A stretch of DNA of 64,000 bases from Myxococcota bacterium (lineage in GTDB: Bacteria; Myxococcota_A; UBA9160; UBA6930). The stretch covers positions 3,648,001 through 3,712,000 of the forward strand of contig OZ245002.1 in the NCBI GenBank assembly GCA_965223415.1, in the 5' to 3' direction. Positions within the stretch are counted from its first letter, which is position 1. Every line of letters begins with the position of its first letter. The translations under genes and the position numbers were made by a program. Below the pieces are notes generated by a model that was given only the letters and a program-made list of their open reading frames with translations, did no database searches and was not told the origin of the DNA. Below are positions 55,458 to 64,000 of the stretch, piece by piece.

Positions 55458-57812
55458 ATGGATCCGACGCCCTTCGCCGCCGTTCTGGCCGCCGCGACCG
55501 CGGTGGGTCTCGCCGTTCCCGTGCTTCGTCCCGCCTGGGTGACGGGCCGTCCGAGGCTGATCCTCGCCGCGGTGGCTGTGCTCTCGGTGCTGGCGGCGGT
55601 GCCCCTGGTGCGCCTCGAGCCCCTCGGGCTGAACCTGCGGGTCGATCCCTCGACCGAGCCGCTGCTCCCGGCCGGCGACCCGGCCCAGGAGGTCTACCGG
55701 GCGGCGATCCGCAACTTCGGCGACGACGAGGTCTTCGTGATCGCCATGGAGGCGGACGACCTCTTCACCACCCCGGGCCTGGGCCGGCTGCGGCGCGTCA
55801 CCGATGCGATCGCTCGCCTGCCGGAGGTGAGGACGGTGCAGAGCCTCACCGACGTCGTCTCCTTCCGGTACGACAAGGAGGCGGACTGGCTCGAGGTGGC
55901 GGACTTCATCGAGGAGATCCCCGCCGATCCCCAGGCCCTGGTCCGGATCCGGGCCGACGCCCTCGCCGATCCCATCTACCACCGCACCATCGTCTCCGAG
56001 GACGGCCGCACCGCGGCGATCAACGTCACCTTTCGCAAGCTCACGGACGAGGAGTTCATCCGCTCCCGCCTCGACGCGCGCATCCTCGAGATCGTCGAGG
56101 CGGAGGTGCGCGACGGGACCCACCTCTACGTGGCCGGCCGCCCCCACGTGAAGAACCGGGTCTACGAGCTGATGATGCAGGACATGGCGGTGCTGATCCC
56201 GCTCGCCCTCGCGGTGGTCGCGGCGGGGCTCTACGTCGTGTTCGGGACGCGCCGTGGCGTCGTACTGCCCATGGGCACGATCCTGCTGGCGACCCTCTGG
56301 ACCTTCGGCGCCATCGCCTTCCTCGAGCGTCCGCTCACGGTGCTGACCACCTTGTTGGCGCCGATGCTGACGGCGATCGGCAGCGTCTACGGGATCCACG
56401 CGGTGACGCGCTACGAGGAGGAGGTGGAGCAGGCGGCCACGCCCGAGGAGGCGGCGCGCCGTAGCCTCGAGCATATGCGCCTGCCAGTAACGGTGGCCGG
56501 CCTCACGACGATGATCGGCTTTGCCGCGCTCCTCATCACCGACGTGCCCGCGGTCTTCGAGGTGGGTGCCTTCGCGGTCCTGGGGGTCGCTTCCATCACG
56601 GTGCTGACGCTCACGATGGTGCAGGCGGCCCTGGCGCTCATGCCGTTGCGGCACGCCGGCTCCGGCACGGTGCTGGCGGCGGCGGTCGCCCGCATCCTCG
56701 ACGCCCAGCTCGGACGTCTCGCGAGCCTGGCGGGCCGGCGCGCCGGCACCTGGCTGCTCGTCTTCGGCGTCGTGCTCGCCGCGTGCCTGGCGGCGATCCC
56801 GCGCATCGTGATCGATACGGACTACCTCTCTTTCTTCGACGAGGAAGCCCCGGTGCGGCGGGACTTCGAGGCGGTGAACCGGCTCCTCGCCGGTGCCGTG
56901 CCCCTCTACGTCTCCTTCGACGGCGGGGAGCCGGGCGCCTTCCGCGAGCCCGCGCTGCTGCGAGAGATCGAGCGCCTGCAGCGCGACGCGGAGACGATCC
57001 CCGACGTGGGGCGCACACTCTCGATGGTCGACACGGTCCGGCTCATGAACAAAGCCATGGCCAAGGACGACCCGGAGGAGGAGCGCATCCCCGACACGCG
57101 CGGCGCCGCCGCCGAGCTGCTCTTCATGGCGCCGAAGGGGCACCTGGATCGTTATGCCAACGTGAACCACAGCCGCGCGAACGTGATGGTGCGGACCGGC
57201 GCGGTCGGCACCGCGCGGGTGCGGGCGGTGACCGAGCGCCTCGAGGCGCGGGTGGCGGAGCTCTCGCTGCCCGAGGGCATCACCGCGGCGGTGACCGGCA
57301 ACGCGCTGCTGCTCTCCCACAGCGCCGACGGCATCGCGCGGGGCCAGCCCCAGACGGTCGGGCTGGCGGCGATCGCCATCTTCGTGCTGATCGCGCTCTC
57401 CTTCCGCTCGTTGCGGCTGGGCACGGTCGCCATGCTGCCCAACCTGGTCCCCGTCGCGATCTACTTCGGCATCCTGGGCTTCGGCGCGGCGCCCCTCTCC
57501 CTACCCACCAGCCTGATCGGCAGCGTCGCCCTGGGCATCGCCATCGACGACACGGTGCACTTCCTGGTGCGCTACGGGAGCGAGCGTAGGCGGGGGCTCT
57601 CGCCGGAGGAAGCGGCCGCCACCTGCGGACGTCGCATCGGCCGCCCGATCGCCATCACCTCCGTGATGCTGATGGCCGGCTTCCTCGTCGTCGCCCTCTC
57701 CGGCTTCGCCACGCTCAGGCAGTTCGGCATCCTCTCCGCCGCAACGATGGGCGTCTGCCTCGTGAACGACCTCGTCCTGCTCCCCGCGCTCCTGGTGCGC
57801 ACACGAGCGTAG
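55458..57812 (+). CDS. MMPL/RND family transporter
   Basis: Duplicated 1+5 TM architecture with two periplasmic loops; LGIAIDDTVH in the second repeat. Confidence 0.9.
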   Translation: MDPTPFAAVLAAATAVGLAVPVLRPAWVTGRPRLILAAVAVLSVLAAVPLVRLEPLGLNLRVDPSTEPLLPAGDPAQEVYRAAIRNFGDDEVFVIAMEADDLFTTPGLGRLRRVTDAIARLPEVRTVQSLTDVVSFRYDKEADWLEVADFIEEIPADPQALVRIRADALADPIYHRTIVSEDGRTAAINVTFRKLTDEEFIRSRLDARILEIVEAEVRDGTHLYVAGRPHVKNRVYELMMQDMAVLIPLALAVVAAGLYVVFGTRRGVVLPMGTILLATLWTFGAIAFLERPLTVLTTLLAPMLTAIGSVYGIHAVTRYEEEVEQAATPEEAARRSLEHMRLPVTVAGLTTMIGFAALLITDVPAVFEVGAFAVLGVASITVLTLTMVQAALALMPLRHAGSGTVLAAAVARILDAQLGRLASLAGRRAGTWLLVFGVVLAACLAAIPRIVIDTDYLSFFDEEAPVRRDFEAVNRLLAGAVPLYVSFDGGEPGAFREPALLREIERLQRDAETIPDVGRTLSMVDTVRLMNKAMAKDDPEEERIPDTRGAAAELLFMAPKGHLDRYANVNHSRANVMVRTGAVGTARVRAVTERLEARVAELSLPEGITAAVTGNALLLSHSADGIARGQPQTVGLAAIAIFVLIALSFRSLRLGTVAMLPNLVPVAIYFGILGFGAAPLSLPTSLIGSVALGIAIDDTVHFLVRYGSERRRGLSPEEAAATCGRRIGRPIAITSVMLMAGFLVVALSGFATLRQFGILSAATMGVCLVNDLVLLPALLVRTRA

Positions 57813-57884
57813 CGAGACAGAGGGACGTTCCTTTCTGTCTCACGGCAAAGCCGTGAGACAGAAAGGAACGTCCCTCTGTCTCAC
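57812..57884. repeat. 73-bp palindromic REP/REPIN-like element, copy 2
   Basis: Perfect 33-bp inverted repeat (57814-57846/57850-57882) with an AAA loop; near-identical to 13468-13540; lies between convergent stops. Confidence 0.9.
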
Positions 57885-58748
57885 TCAGTGGGATTCGAGG
57901 CGGGAGAGGTCGAAGGTCTTGCGGGGGAGCTTCGGGTTGGGCTCGAGCTCGGTGATCGTGAGGGTGGTGAAGGTCTCGAGCTGGACGTTGCGCATCGTCA
58001 GCTCCATCGGGATCCAAACGCCTTCCATCTCCTCGACCTTGTCCGCCGGCGCGCTCAGGTTCTTTACCTCGATGCCCTTCTCGTCCCAGTAGAGGGTGAG
58101 GAGCGGCACGCAGTGCTCCTTCTCCACGTGGGCGACGAACTTCGAGTAGTCCGAGTCGGCGTGGTCCTTCGGAATCACCTCTACCACGTAGGTGGGCACG
58201 CCTTCGATCACCTTGTCGGACAGGCGCTCGTAGTCGCCGTCCTCGATCTCCCGGGGCACCACGTCCTCGAAGGTGAAGTCGGTGCCGAAGACCGCCTCCC
58301 GGCGCAGGTTCACGCGCCGCACCCGGCGGGTGGCGGCGAGGTAGACGAACTGGTCGTTGGGACGCGCGTTGTTGTTTTGGATCAGGTAGCCGGAGAAGCG
58401 CAGGTCGAAGGGGTCGAGGTACTTCACCAGGGTGCGCGAGAGCACCCGCTTCTCCTTCTCGCGGAAGCTCCGCCAGGTCATGCGCAGCTTCGACTCCTGG
58501 GTGGAGCCGCCGCGATCGCCGGAGAGCAGGGTCGAGTGCTGGATGTAGGACTGGAAGCGGTTGTCGAGCACGCACTGGTAGATCTCGCGCCCCGTCAGCT
58601 CCGACTGGAGCGTGCCGGCATCTTCGACCGCCGGCGGTTCCGGCGCGGTCTCCGAGGCTTCGGCCGCGGGCAGTGGCGGCGCCGCGAGACACAGGACGAG
58701 CAGGACCAGGGAGCCGGCGGCCGGGGCCAGCCGGTGGGGGGCGCGCAT
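57885..58748 (-). CDS. Outer membrane lipoprotein-sorting (LolA-like) protein
   Basis: Signal peptide; P.DL..SGYL, DQFVYLAATRRVRRV and FGTDFTFED motifs; SD GGAGG. Confidence 0.85.
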   Translation of the reverse strand: MRAPHRLAPAAGSLVLLVLCLAAPPLPAAEASETAPEPPAVEDAGTLQSELTGREIYQCVLDNRFQSYIQHSTLLSGDRGGSTQESKLRMTWRSFREKEKRVLSRTLVKYLDPFDLRFSGYLIQNNNARPNDQFVYLAATRRVRRVNLRREAVFGTDFTFEDVVPREIEDGDYERLSDKVIEGVPTYVVEVIPKDHADSDYSKFVAHVEKEHCVPLLTLYWDEKGIEVKNLSAPADKVEEMEGVWIPMELTMRNVQLETFTTLTITELEPNPKLPRKTFDLSRLESH

Positions 58749-58820
58749 GTGGAGTTCCTCCGACCCGACCCGGCAGCGTAGCCGATCCGCTTCTTCGCGC
58801 CGAACCGGCGGCGCGGCCGT

Positions 58821-59507
58821 TCAGCTTCCGCGCGCCGACTCCGCCTCCTCGCGCAGGGCCGCGATGGTCGCCGGGTAGTCCTCTTCGTTGGCCTTGAAGA
58901 TGGCCGTGCCCGCCACGAAGGCGTTCACGCCGGCGGCGGCGGCCCGCCCGATCGTCCCCTTGGCGATCCCGCCGTCGATCTCGAGCTCGAGCTCCGGGTT
59001 CCGCTCGTCCGCCCAGGCCCGGATCTGGCGGGCCTTGTCGAGGGTGCTCTCGATGAACGACTGGCCGCCGAAGCCCGGGTTCACGCTCATCACCAGCACC
59101 TGGTCTGCGTCCGGGATCACCGGCTCGATCAGGGAGGCGGGGGTGGCCGGGTTCAGCACGACGCAGGCCTTGGCGCCCAGGTCGCGGATCTGCCCGATCG
59201 TGCGGTGCAGGTGTGGGCAGGTTTCCACGTGCACGCCCACCCGATCCGCGCCGGCGCGCACGTAGTCCCCGATCGAGCGCTCCGGCGCTTCGATCATGAG
59301 GTGCACGTCCAGGGGCGTCTCCGTCGCCCGGCGCACCGCCTCGACCACCGGCGGGCCGATCGTCAGGTTGGGTACGAAGTGGCCGTCCATCACGTCGACG
59401 TGGATCCAGTCGGCGCCCGCCGCGGCAACGGCCTGCACCTCGCGGGCGAGCTGGCCGAAGTCGCAGGCCAGGATGGACGGAGCGATGCGAAGGGGAAGCC
59501 GGCTCAC
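58821..59507 (-). CDS. rpe: Ribulose-phosphate 3-epimerase
   Basis: IAPSIL, HVDVMDGHFVPNLTIG, DVHLMI, MSVNPGFGGQ, IDGG. Confidence 0.96.
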   Translation of the reverse strand: MSRLPLRIAPSILACDFGQLAREVQAVAAAGADWIHVDVMDGHFVPNLTIGPPVVEAVRRATETPLDVHLMIEAPERSIGDYVRAGADRVGVHVETCPHLHRTIGQIRDLGAKACVVLNPATPASLIEPVIPDADQVLVMSVNPGFGGQSFIESTLDKARQIRAWADERNPELELEIDGGIAKGTIGRAAAAGVNAFVAGTAIFKANEEDYPATIAALREEAESARGS

Positions 59508-60919
59508 GCGGTGCGCTCCAGGCGGGCGGCGAAGAAGCCGTCCGTGTCGTGGCGATGGGGCCAGGTGGAGAGCCAGCCGCTGTCGCCGAGTAACGGCCGC
59601 ACCGCTTCGGGCAGTGCCTCCGGCCCGCAGGGGGCGAAGTCCCGGGCCTCGGAGAGGAAGCCCTCGACCAGCGCCTCGTTCTCCTCGGCGAGCAGGGTGC
59701 AGGTACTGTACACGAGGCAGCCGCCGGGCCGGACCGCCGCGGCGGCCCGGCGCAGGACCTGTTGCTGCACCTGGACGAGCCGCTCGACCACCGCGGCGTC
59801 GAAGCGCCAGCGGGCATCCGGGTTGCGACGCAGGGTGCCGAGGCCGGAGCACGGCGCGTCCACCAGCACCCGGTCGAAGAGCGCGCCCTCGTCCGGGAGC
59901 GGCTGGGTCGCGTCCACCTCGCGGGGGTGCAGGTTCGTGAGGCCCAGACGGCGCGCGCCCCGGGCCACCAGCGCGAGGCGTCGCGGGTTGCGGTCGTAGG
60001 CGTCGACCCGTCCCGTATCGCCGACCCGCTCGGCGATGGCGCCCGCCTTGCCCCCGGGCGCGGCGCACACGTCGAGCACGCGCTCGCCGGGCTGCGGGTC
60101 GAGCAGCTCCACCACGAGCTGGGAGCCCTCGTCCTGGATGGTGAAGCGGCCGTCGAGGAAGGCCGGGTCGTGGCCCGGGAAGCCGTGATGACCCAGATCG
60201 ATGCCGAGGGGTGCATGGCGGCACGGCTTCGCATCCGGCAGGCGCGTGCGGAGCTCCTCCAGCAGTGCGTCGCGGGTGGTGCGTCGCGGGTTGGCCCGGG
60301 CGACCAGCGGCGGCACCTTGTTGGACGCCTCGGCGAGGCGAGCCGCCTCTTCGGCTCCGAAGCGCGCGAGCCAACGCTCGGCGATCGGCGCCGGCAGCGA
60401 AAGCACGTCCACGAGGTGGGCGAGGGGATCCTCCTCGAGGCGCGGCAGGGGGATCGTCTCGTGGCCCCGGGCCAGCCGGCGGAGCACGGCGTTCACCAGG
60501 CCCGCCGCCCGGGAGACGCCGAGCGCCCGGGCGCAGCGCACGGTCTGGTCGACGGCCGCCGCCGACGGGACCGAGTGCTCGAACACGATCTGGTAGGCGC
60601 CGACCCGCAACAGGGTGGTGACCAGGGCCTCGAGTCGCTCCCCGGGCCGGTCGAGCACCGCGCGCAGCAGAGCGTCCAGGTGCCCGCGCCAGCGGAGCGT
60701 TCCGTAGACGAGCTCTGTGGCGAAGGCGCGGTCGCGGGGCGAGAGATCGCTGCGTCGCAGCGCGGCGGCGAGAGCGAGATCCGCGTAGGCGCCGGCCCGC
60801 TCCACCCGCTCGAGGACGCGCACGGCGACGATGCGCGCCTGGGTGGGCGTGGTGCCGCGCCGGGGGCCGGCGCTCGCCTGGGGGCGCCCGCGGCGCCGGC
60901 GGGAGAGGCCACGGCTCAT
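59504..60919 (-). CDS. rsmB: 16S rRNA m5C967 methyltransferase
   Basis: NusB-like N-terminal domain; QDEGSQ, DVCAAPGGK, DAPCSGLG, YSTC. Confidence 0.94.
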   Translation of the reverse strand: MSRGLSRRRRGRPQASAGPRRGTTPTQARIVAVRVLERVERAGAYADLALAAALRRSDLSPRDRAFATELVYGTLRWRGHLDALLRAVLDRPGERLEALVTTLLRVGAYQIVFEHSVPSAAAVDQTVRCARALGVSRAAGLVNAVLRRLARGHETIPLPRLEEDPLAHLVDVLSLPAPIAERWLARFGAEEAARLAEASNKVPPLVARANPRRTTRDALLEELRTRLPDAKPCRHAPLGIDLGHHGFPGHDPAFLDGRFTIQDEGSQLVVELLDPQPGERVLDVCAAPGGKAGAIAERVGDTGRVDAYDRNPRRLALVARGARRLGLTNLHPREVDATQPLPDEGALFDRVLVDAPCSGLGTLRRNPDARWRFDAAVVERLVQVQQQVLRRAAAAVRPGGCLVYSTCTLLAEENEALVEGFLSEARDFAPCGPEALPEAVRPLLGDSGWLSTWPHRHDTDGFFAARLERTA

Positions 60920-61872
60920 GCCTGGGCCCCGCCGAGCACCGTGCCGTCGGCCAGGCCGCGCCCGCGCTGGAACGCCGCCGCCTCGAGGGGCTTGCCGCCG
61001 GGCCGCTGCAGCCGCAGCGCGCGCAGCCAGCCCTCGCCGGTGGCGATGCGCAGCCCGCCGTCGTCCGTGCGCACCGTGCCCGGTGCAGCCTCCGCCGGCC
61101 CCGGCTCGGCCCGCGCCGCAAGGATGCGCAGGGTCTCGTCGCCCGCCGTCGTGAAGGCGCCCGGGCGCGGGGCCATGGCCCGCACCCGCCGGGCGAGCGA
61201 CTCCGCCGCGTCCCGCCAATCGAGCCGGGCGTCCTCGCGCTCGATCTTCGGCGCGAGGGTGGCGCGGGCGTGGTCCTGCTCGGCCCACTGGACCTCGCCC
61301 CGGGCGATGGCGTCCACGGCCTCGGCGACGGCCTCGGCGGTGAGCTCGGCGATGCGCTCGGTGAGTCGGCCGCAGTCCCCGTCGGCGTCGATCGGCGTGC
61401 GTTTCTCGAGCGCGACCGGCCCGGCGTCCATTTCCTTCTCGACCCGCATCACCGAGACGCCGGTCTCCGCATCGCCCGCCAGCAGCGCGTGGGCGATGGG
61501 CGCGGCGCCCCGGTGGCGGGGGAGCAGGCTCGCGTGGCCGTTGATCAGGTAGCCCAGCGACGGCAGCTCGCGAATGCGTCTGGGCAGGAACTGGCCGAAG
61601 GCGACCACGACGCCCAGGTCCGGCCGGGTGGCCCGGAGCTCCTCGGCCACGTCCGAGGCGCCCACCTTCTCGGGCCGGAAGAGCGGGAGGTCCGCGGCGA
61701 GGGCGCGGGCCGCGACCGGCGAGGGCGACGCCTTGCGCCCGCGTCCGCGCCGCCGGTCCGGCTGGCTCACCACGCCTACCAAGGGATGGGGCCCGGCCGC
61801 CAGGCGATCGAGGGTCGGCACGGCGAACTCCGGCGTTCCGAAGAAGAGCAGGCGGAGACGCGGCGCACTCAG
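60916..61872 (-). CDS. fmt: Methionyl-tRNA formyltransferase
   Basis: LRLLFFGTPEFA, SQPDRRRGRG, VVAFGQ, NGHASLLPRHRGAAPI, MDAGP. The conserved N-terminus lies upstream of the first canonical start, so CTG 61872 is inferred. Confidence 0.93.
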   Translation of the reverse strand: MSAPRLRLLFFGTPEFAVPTLDRLAAGPHPLVGVVSQPDRRRGRGRKASPSPVAARALAADLPLFRPEKVGASDVAEELRATRPDLGVVVAFGQFLPRRIRELPSLGYLINGHASLLPRHRGAAPIAHALLAGDAETGVSVMRVEKEMDAGPVALEKRTPIDADGDCGRLTERIAELTAEAVAEAVDAIARGEVQWAEQDHARATLAPKIEREDARLDWRDAAESLARRVRAMAPRPGAFTTAGDETLRILAARAEPGPAEAAPGTVRTDDGGLRIATGEGWLRALRLQRPGGKPLEAAAFQRGRGLADGTVLGGAQA

Positions 61873-62414
61873 AGGGCGCCGCCCTGCACCGTCTCTTCCT
61901 CCTCCTCGAGCCGCTGCGCCTTCCTGCGCTTCTTGACGTAGAGGCTGCGCTTCAGCCGGCTGATGCGGTCGATGAACAGCACGCCGTCGAGGTGGTCGAT
62001 CTCATGCTGGAAGCAAACGGCGCGCAGCTCCTCGCACTCCTCGACGAACTCCTGGCCGTCGAGGTCCGTGTAACGGACCGTGACCCGCGACGCGCGCTCG
62101 ACCTCGGCCTGGAAGTCCGGCACCGAGAGGCAGCCCTCCGTCCAGGTGACCGTGCCCTCTCGCTCCAGGATCTCCGGGTTCACGATCACGCGCGGATCGC
62201 GGTCGTTCCCCTCCTCGGTCCACTCCGTGTCCATCACCACCAGGCGGATCGCCTCGCCCACCTGGGGCGCGGCCAGGCCGATGCCCGGCTCGTCGTACAT
62301 GACGTCGATCATCTCCGCGGCGAGCTCGCGGAGCGCGTCGGTCACCTGGCCCACGGGCTCGCAGACGCGCTTCAGGCGAGGATCGGGGAACTGGAGCACC
62401 GGTCGGAGCGCCAT
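61869..62414 (-). CDS. def: Peptide deformylase
   Basis: GIGLAAPQ, EGCLS, QHEIDHLDG. Confidence 0.97.
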   Translation of the reverse strand: MALRPVLQFPDPRLKRVCEPVGQVTDALRELAAEMIDVMYDEPGIGLAAPQVGEAIRLVVMDTEWTEEGNDRDPRVIVNPEILEREGTVTWTEGCLSVPDFQAEVERASRVTVRYTDLDGQEFVEECEELRAVCFQHEIDHLDGVLFIDRISRLKRSLYVKKRRKAQRLEEEEETVQGGAL

Positions 62415-62462
62415 GCCGCGCAACGTAGCAATCGGCCCGAAAACGTGTCGAGGAACGCCGGC

Positions 62463-64000
62463 TCAGAGCATGTCGAAGGGGTGCAGGTCGACGCTGGCGC
62501 GCACGCCCGACGGAAGTCCCTCCAGCGCCGCGGCCACCTGCTCGGCGGCCCGGCGTACCACCGACCGGTTCCGATGCTTGAGCAGCACCTGGAAGCGGTG
62601 ACGGCCCCGCAGCCGCGCGATCGGCGAGGGTGCTGGCCCGAGCACCTCGCAAGGCTCGGCTCCGCCGCCCGCCCGCGCGAGGGCGGCGAGGCGCTCGGCG
62701 AAGCTCGCGGCCCGCGCTTCGTCCTCGGCGCTCACCCGCACCTGGGCCAGGCTCGCCAGCGGCGGGTAGCCGAGGCTCGCGCGATGCGTGAGCTCCTCCT
62801 GGTAGAAGCCCTCGTAGTCGTGGCGCACGACCGGTGCGATCGCGTAGTGCTCCGGGCTCGAGGTCTGCACGATCACGCGTCCGGGCAGCCCGCCGCGGCC
62901 GGCACGGCCCGCCACCTGGGTGAGGAGCTGGAAGGTCCGCTCGGCCGCGCGGAAGTCCGGGAAGTGCAGGCCCAGGTCGGCGTTGACCACGCCCACCAGG
63001 CGCACGCCCGGGAAGTCGTGCCCCTTGGCCACCATCTGGGTTCCGATCAGCACGTCGATGGTGCCTTCCCGCAGGCCGCGCAGGATCTCCTCGGTGGCGC
63101 CGCGACGCGTCGTGGTGTCCCGGTCGAGGCGCGCGCTGCGCGCCTCGGGCAGGTGCACCCGCACCTCCTCCTCGAGCCGCTCCGTGCCGAGGCCGAGGAG
63201 CGCCGTCGCATCCGCACCGCACTGGGGACAGAGCTCTGGCGGCGCCTCCTGGTGGTCGCAGTAGTGACAGCGCAGGAGGTTCTGGCCCGCGTGATAGGTG
63301 AGGGAGATGTCGCAGTGCTTGCAGCGGCAGACGTGCTGGCACTCGAAGCAGGCGATCTGGGTGGAGAAGCCGCGGCGGTTGAGCAGCAGGATCGCCTGGC
63401 CGCCGTCGCGGGTGGTCTCACGCAGGCCGCGCAGGAGGCTCGCGCCGAGGATCAGCTTGCGGCCCCGGGGGAGCGCGGCGCGCTCGCGCCGCAGGTCGAT
63501 GAGCTCCACCGCCGGAAGCGGCTGGCCGCCGGGCCGGTGCTCGAGGCGGACGCGGCGCACGTGGCCGCGCTCGGCCGCATGGCGCACCTCCAGGGACGGC
63601 GTGGCCGAGCCCAGGACGAGGGGGCAGCCCTCGGCCCGCGCCCGCCGCGCCGCGAAGCGGCGCGCGTGGTAGCGGAAACCTTCTTCGTTCTTGTACGCGC
63701 CGTCGTGCTCCTCGTCGATCACGACCACGCCGAGGTCCCGCAGCGGCGCGAACAGCGCCGAGCGTGCGCCGACGGCGATCGGCACCTCGCCGCGTCGCAG
63801 CCGCTCCCACTGGGCGAGGCGCTCGCCGGGCTTGAGGCCGCTGTGGAGAACCGCCAGCCGGTCCCCGAAGCGTGCGCGCAGGCGGCCCAGGATCTGGTGG
63901 GTGAGCGTGATCTCCGGGACGAGCACGAGGGCCTGACGCTCGCACCGCAGCGCCGCCGCGATCGCGCGCATGTAGACCTCGGTCTTGCCGCTGCCGGTGA
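62463..64000 (-). CDS. priA: Primosomal protein N' (partial, 5' end outside the window)
   Basis: TGSGKTEVY at the window edge, DEEH, SATPS, four CxxC pairs, TQMVAKGHDFP, QVAGRAGR. Confidence 0.96.
   Translation of the reverse strand, partial: TGSGKTEVYMRAIAAALRCERQALVLVPEITLTHQILGRLRARFGDRLAVLHSGLKPGERLAQWERLRRGEVPIAVGARSALFAPLRDLGVVVIDEEHDGAYKNEEGFRYHARRFAARRARAEGCPLVLGSATPSLEVRHAAERGHVRRVRLEHRPGGQPLPAVELIDLRRERAALPRGRKLILGASLLRGLRETTRDGGQAILLLNRRGFSTQIACFECQHVCRCKHCDISLTYHAGQNLLRCHYCDHQEAPPELCPQCGADATALLGLGTERLEEEVRVHLPEARSARLDRDTTTRRGATEEILRGLREGTIDVLIGTQMVAKGHDFPGVRLVGVVNADLGLHFPDFRAAERTFQLLTQVAGRAGRGGLPGRVIVQTSSPEHYAIAPVVRHDYEGFYQEELTHRASLGYPPLASLAQVRVSAEDEARAASFAERLAALARAGGGAEPCEVLGPAPSPIARLRGRHRFQVLLKHRNRSVVRRAAEQVAAALEGLPSGVRASVDLHPFDML

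Overview
Very GC-rich (roughly 70% or more by eye) chromosomal region of a diderm bacterium (kdsB, TonB system, many lipoproteins). The gene style suggests Myxococcota or a related deltaproteobacterial lineage, which is an inference. It is densely coding, with about 50 CDS and two tRNAs (Asn-GTT, Pro-CGG). Housekeeping genes: purU, kdsB, trkA, greA and priA-def-fmt-rsmB-rpe. Other blocks: a heterodimeric ABC exporter; an adenylate cyclase/TPR lipoprotein/FN3 lipoprotein cluster; an ~14 kb co-directional minus-strand block (Fe-S aldo-keto reductase, SDR, TonB-dependent receptor, FadH-like reductase, a Vibrio TonB2-like ttpB-ttpC-exbB-exbD-tonB-[DUF1232]-ttpD operon, and a DUF151 protein with a lipobox); DUF3604 plus a PQQ/cytochrome c dehydrogenase; MMPL and LolA-like genes. 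I saw no integrase, transposase, phage genes or CRISPR array. Unexplained signals: a ~200-nt highly base-paired intergenic element with a sequestered SD and a 14-codon ORF; two copies of a 73-bp palindrome with a compensatory change; TAnnnT hexamers 5-8 nt before many start codons (probable leaderless mRNAs); apparent CTG and GTT start codons (fmt, adenylate cyclase); a catalytically degenerate RNase Z-like protein; and a possible dual Sec/Tat-targeted Fe-S aldo-keto reductase. All calls come from motif recognition by eye; no searches were run.
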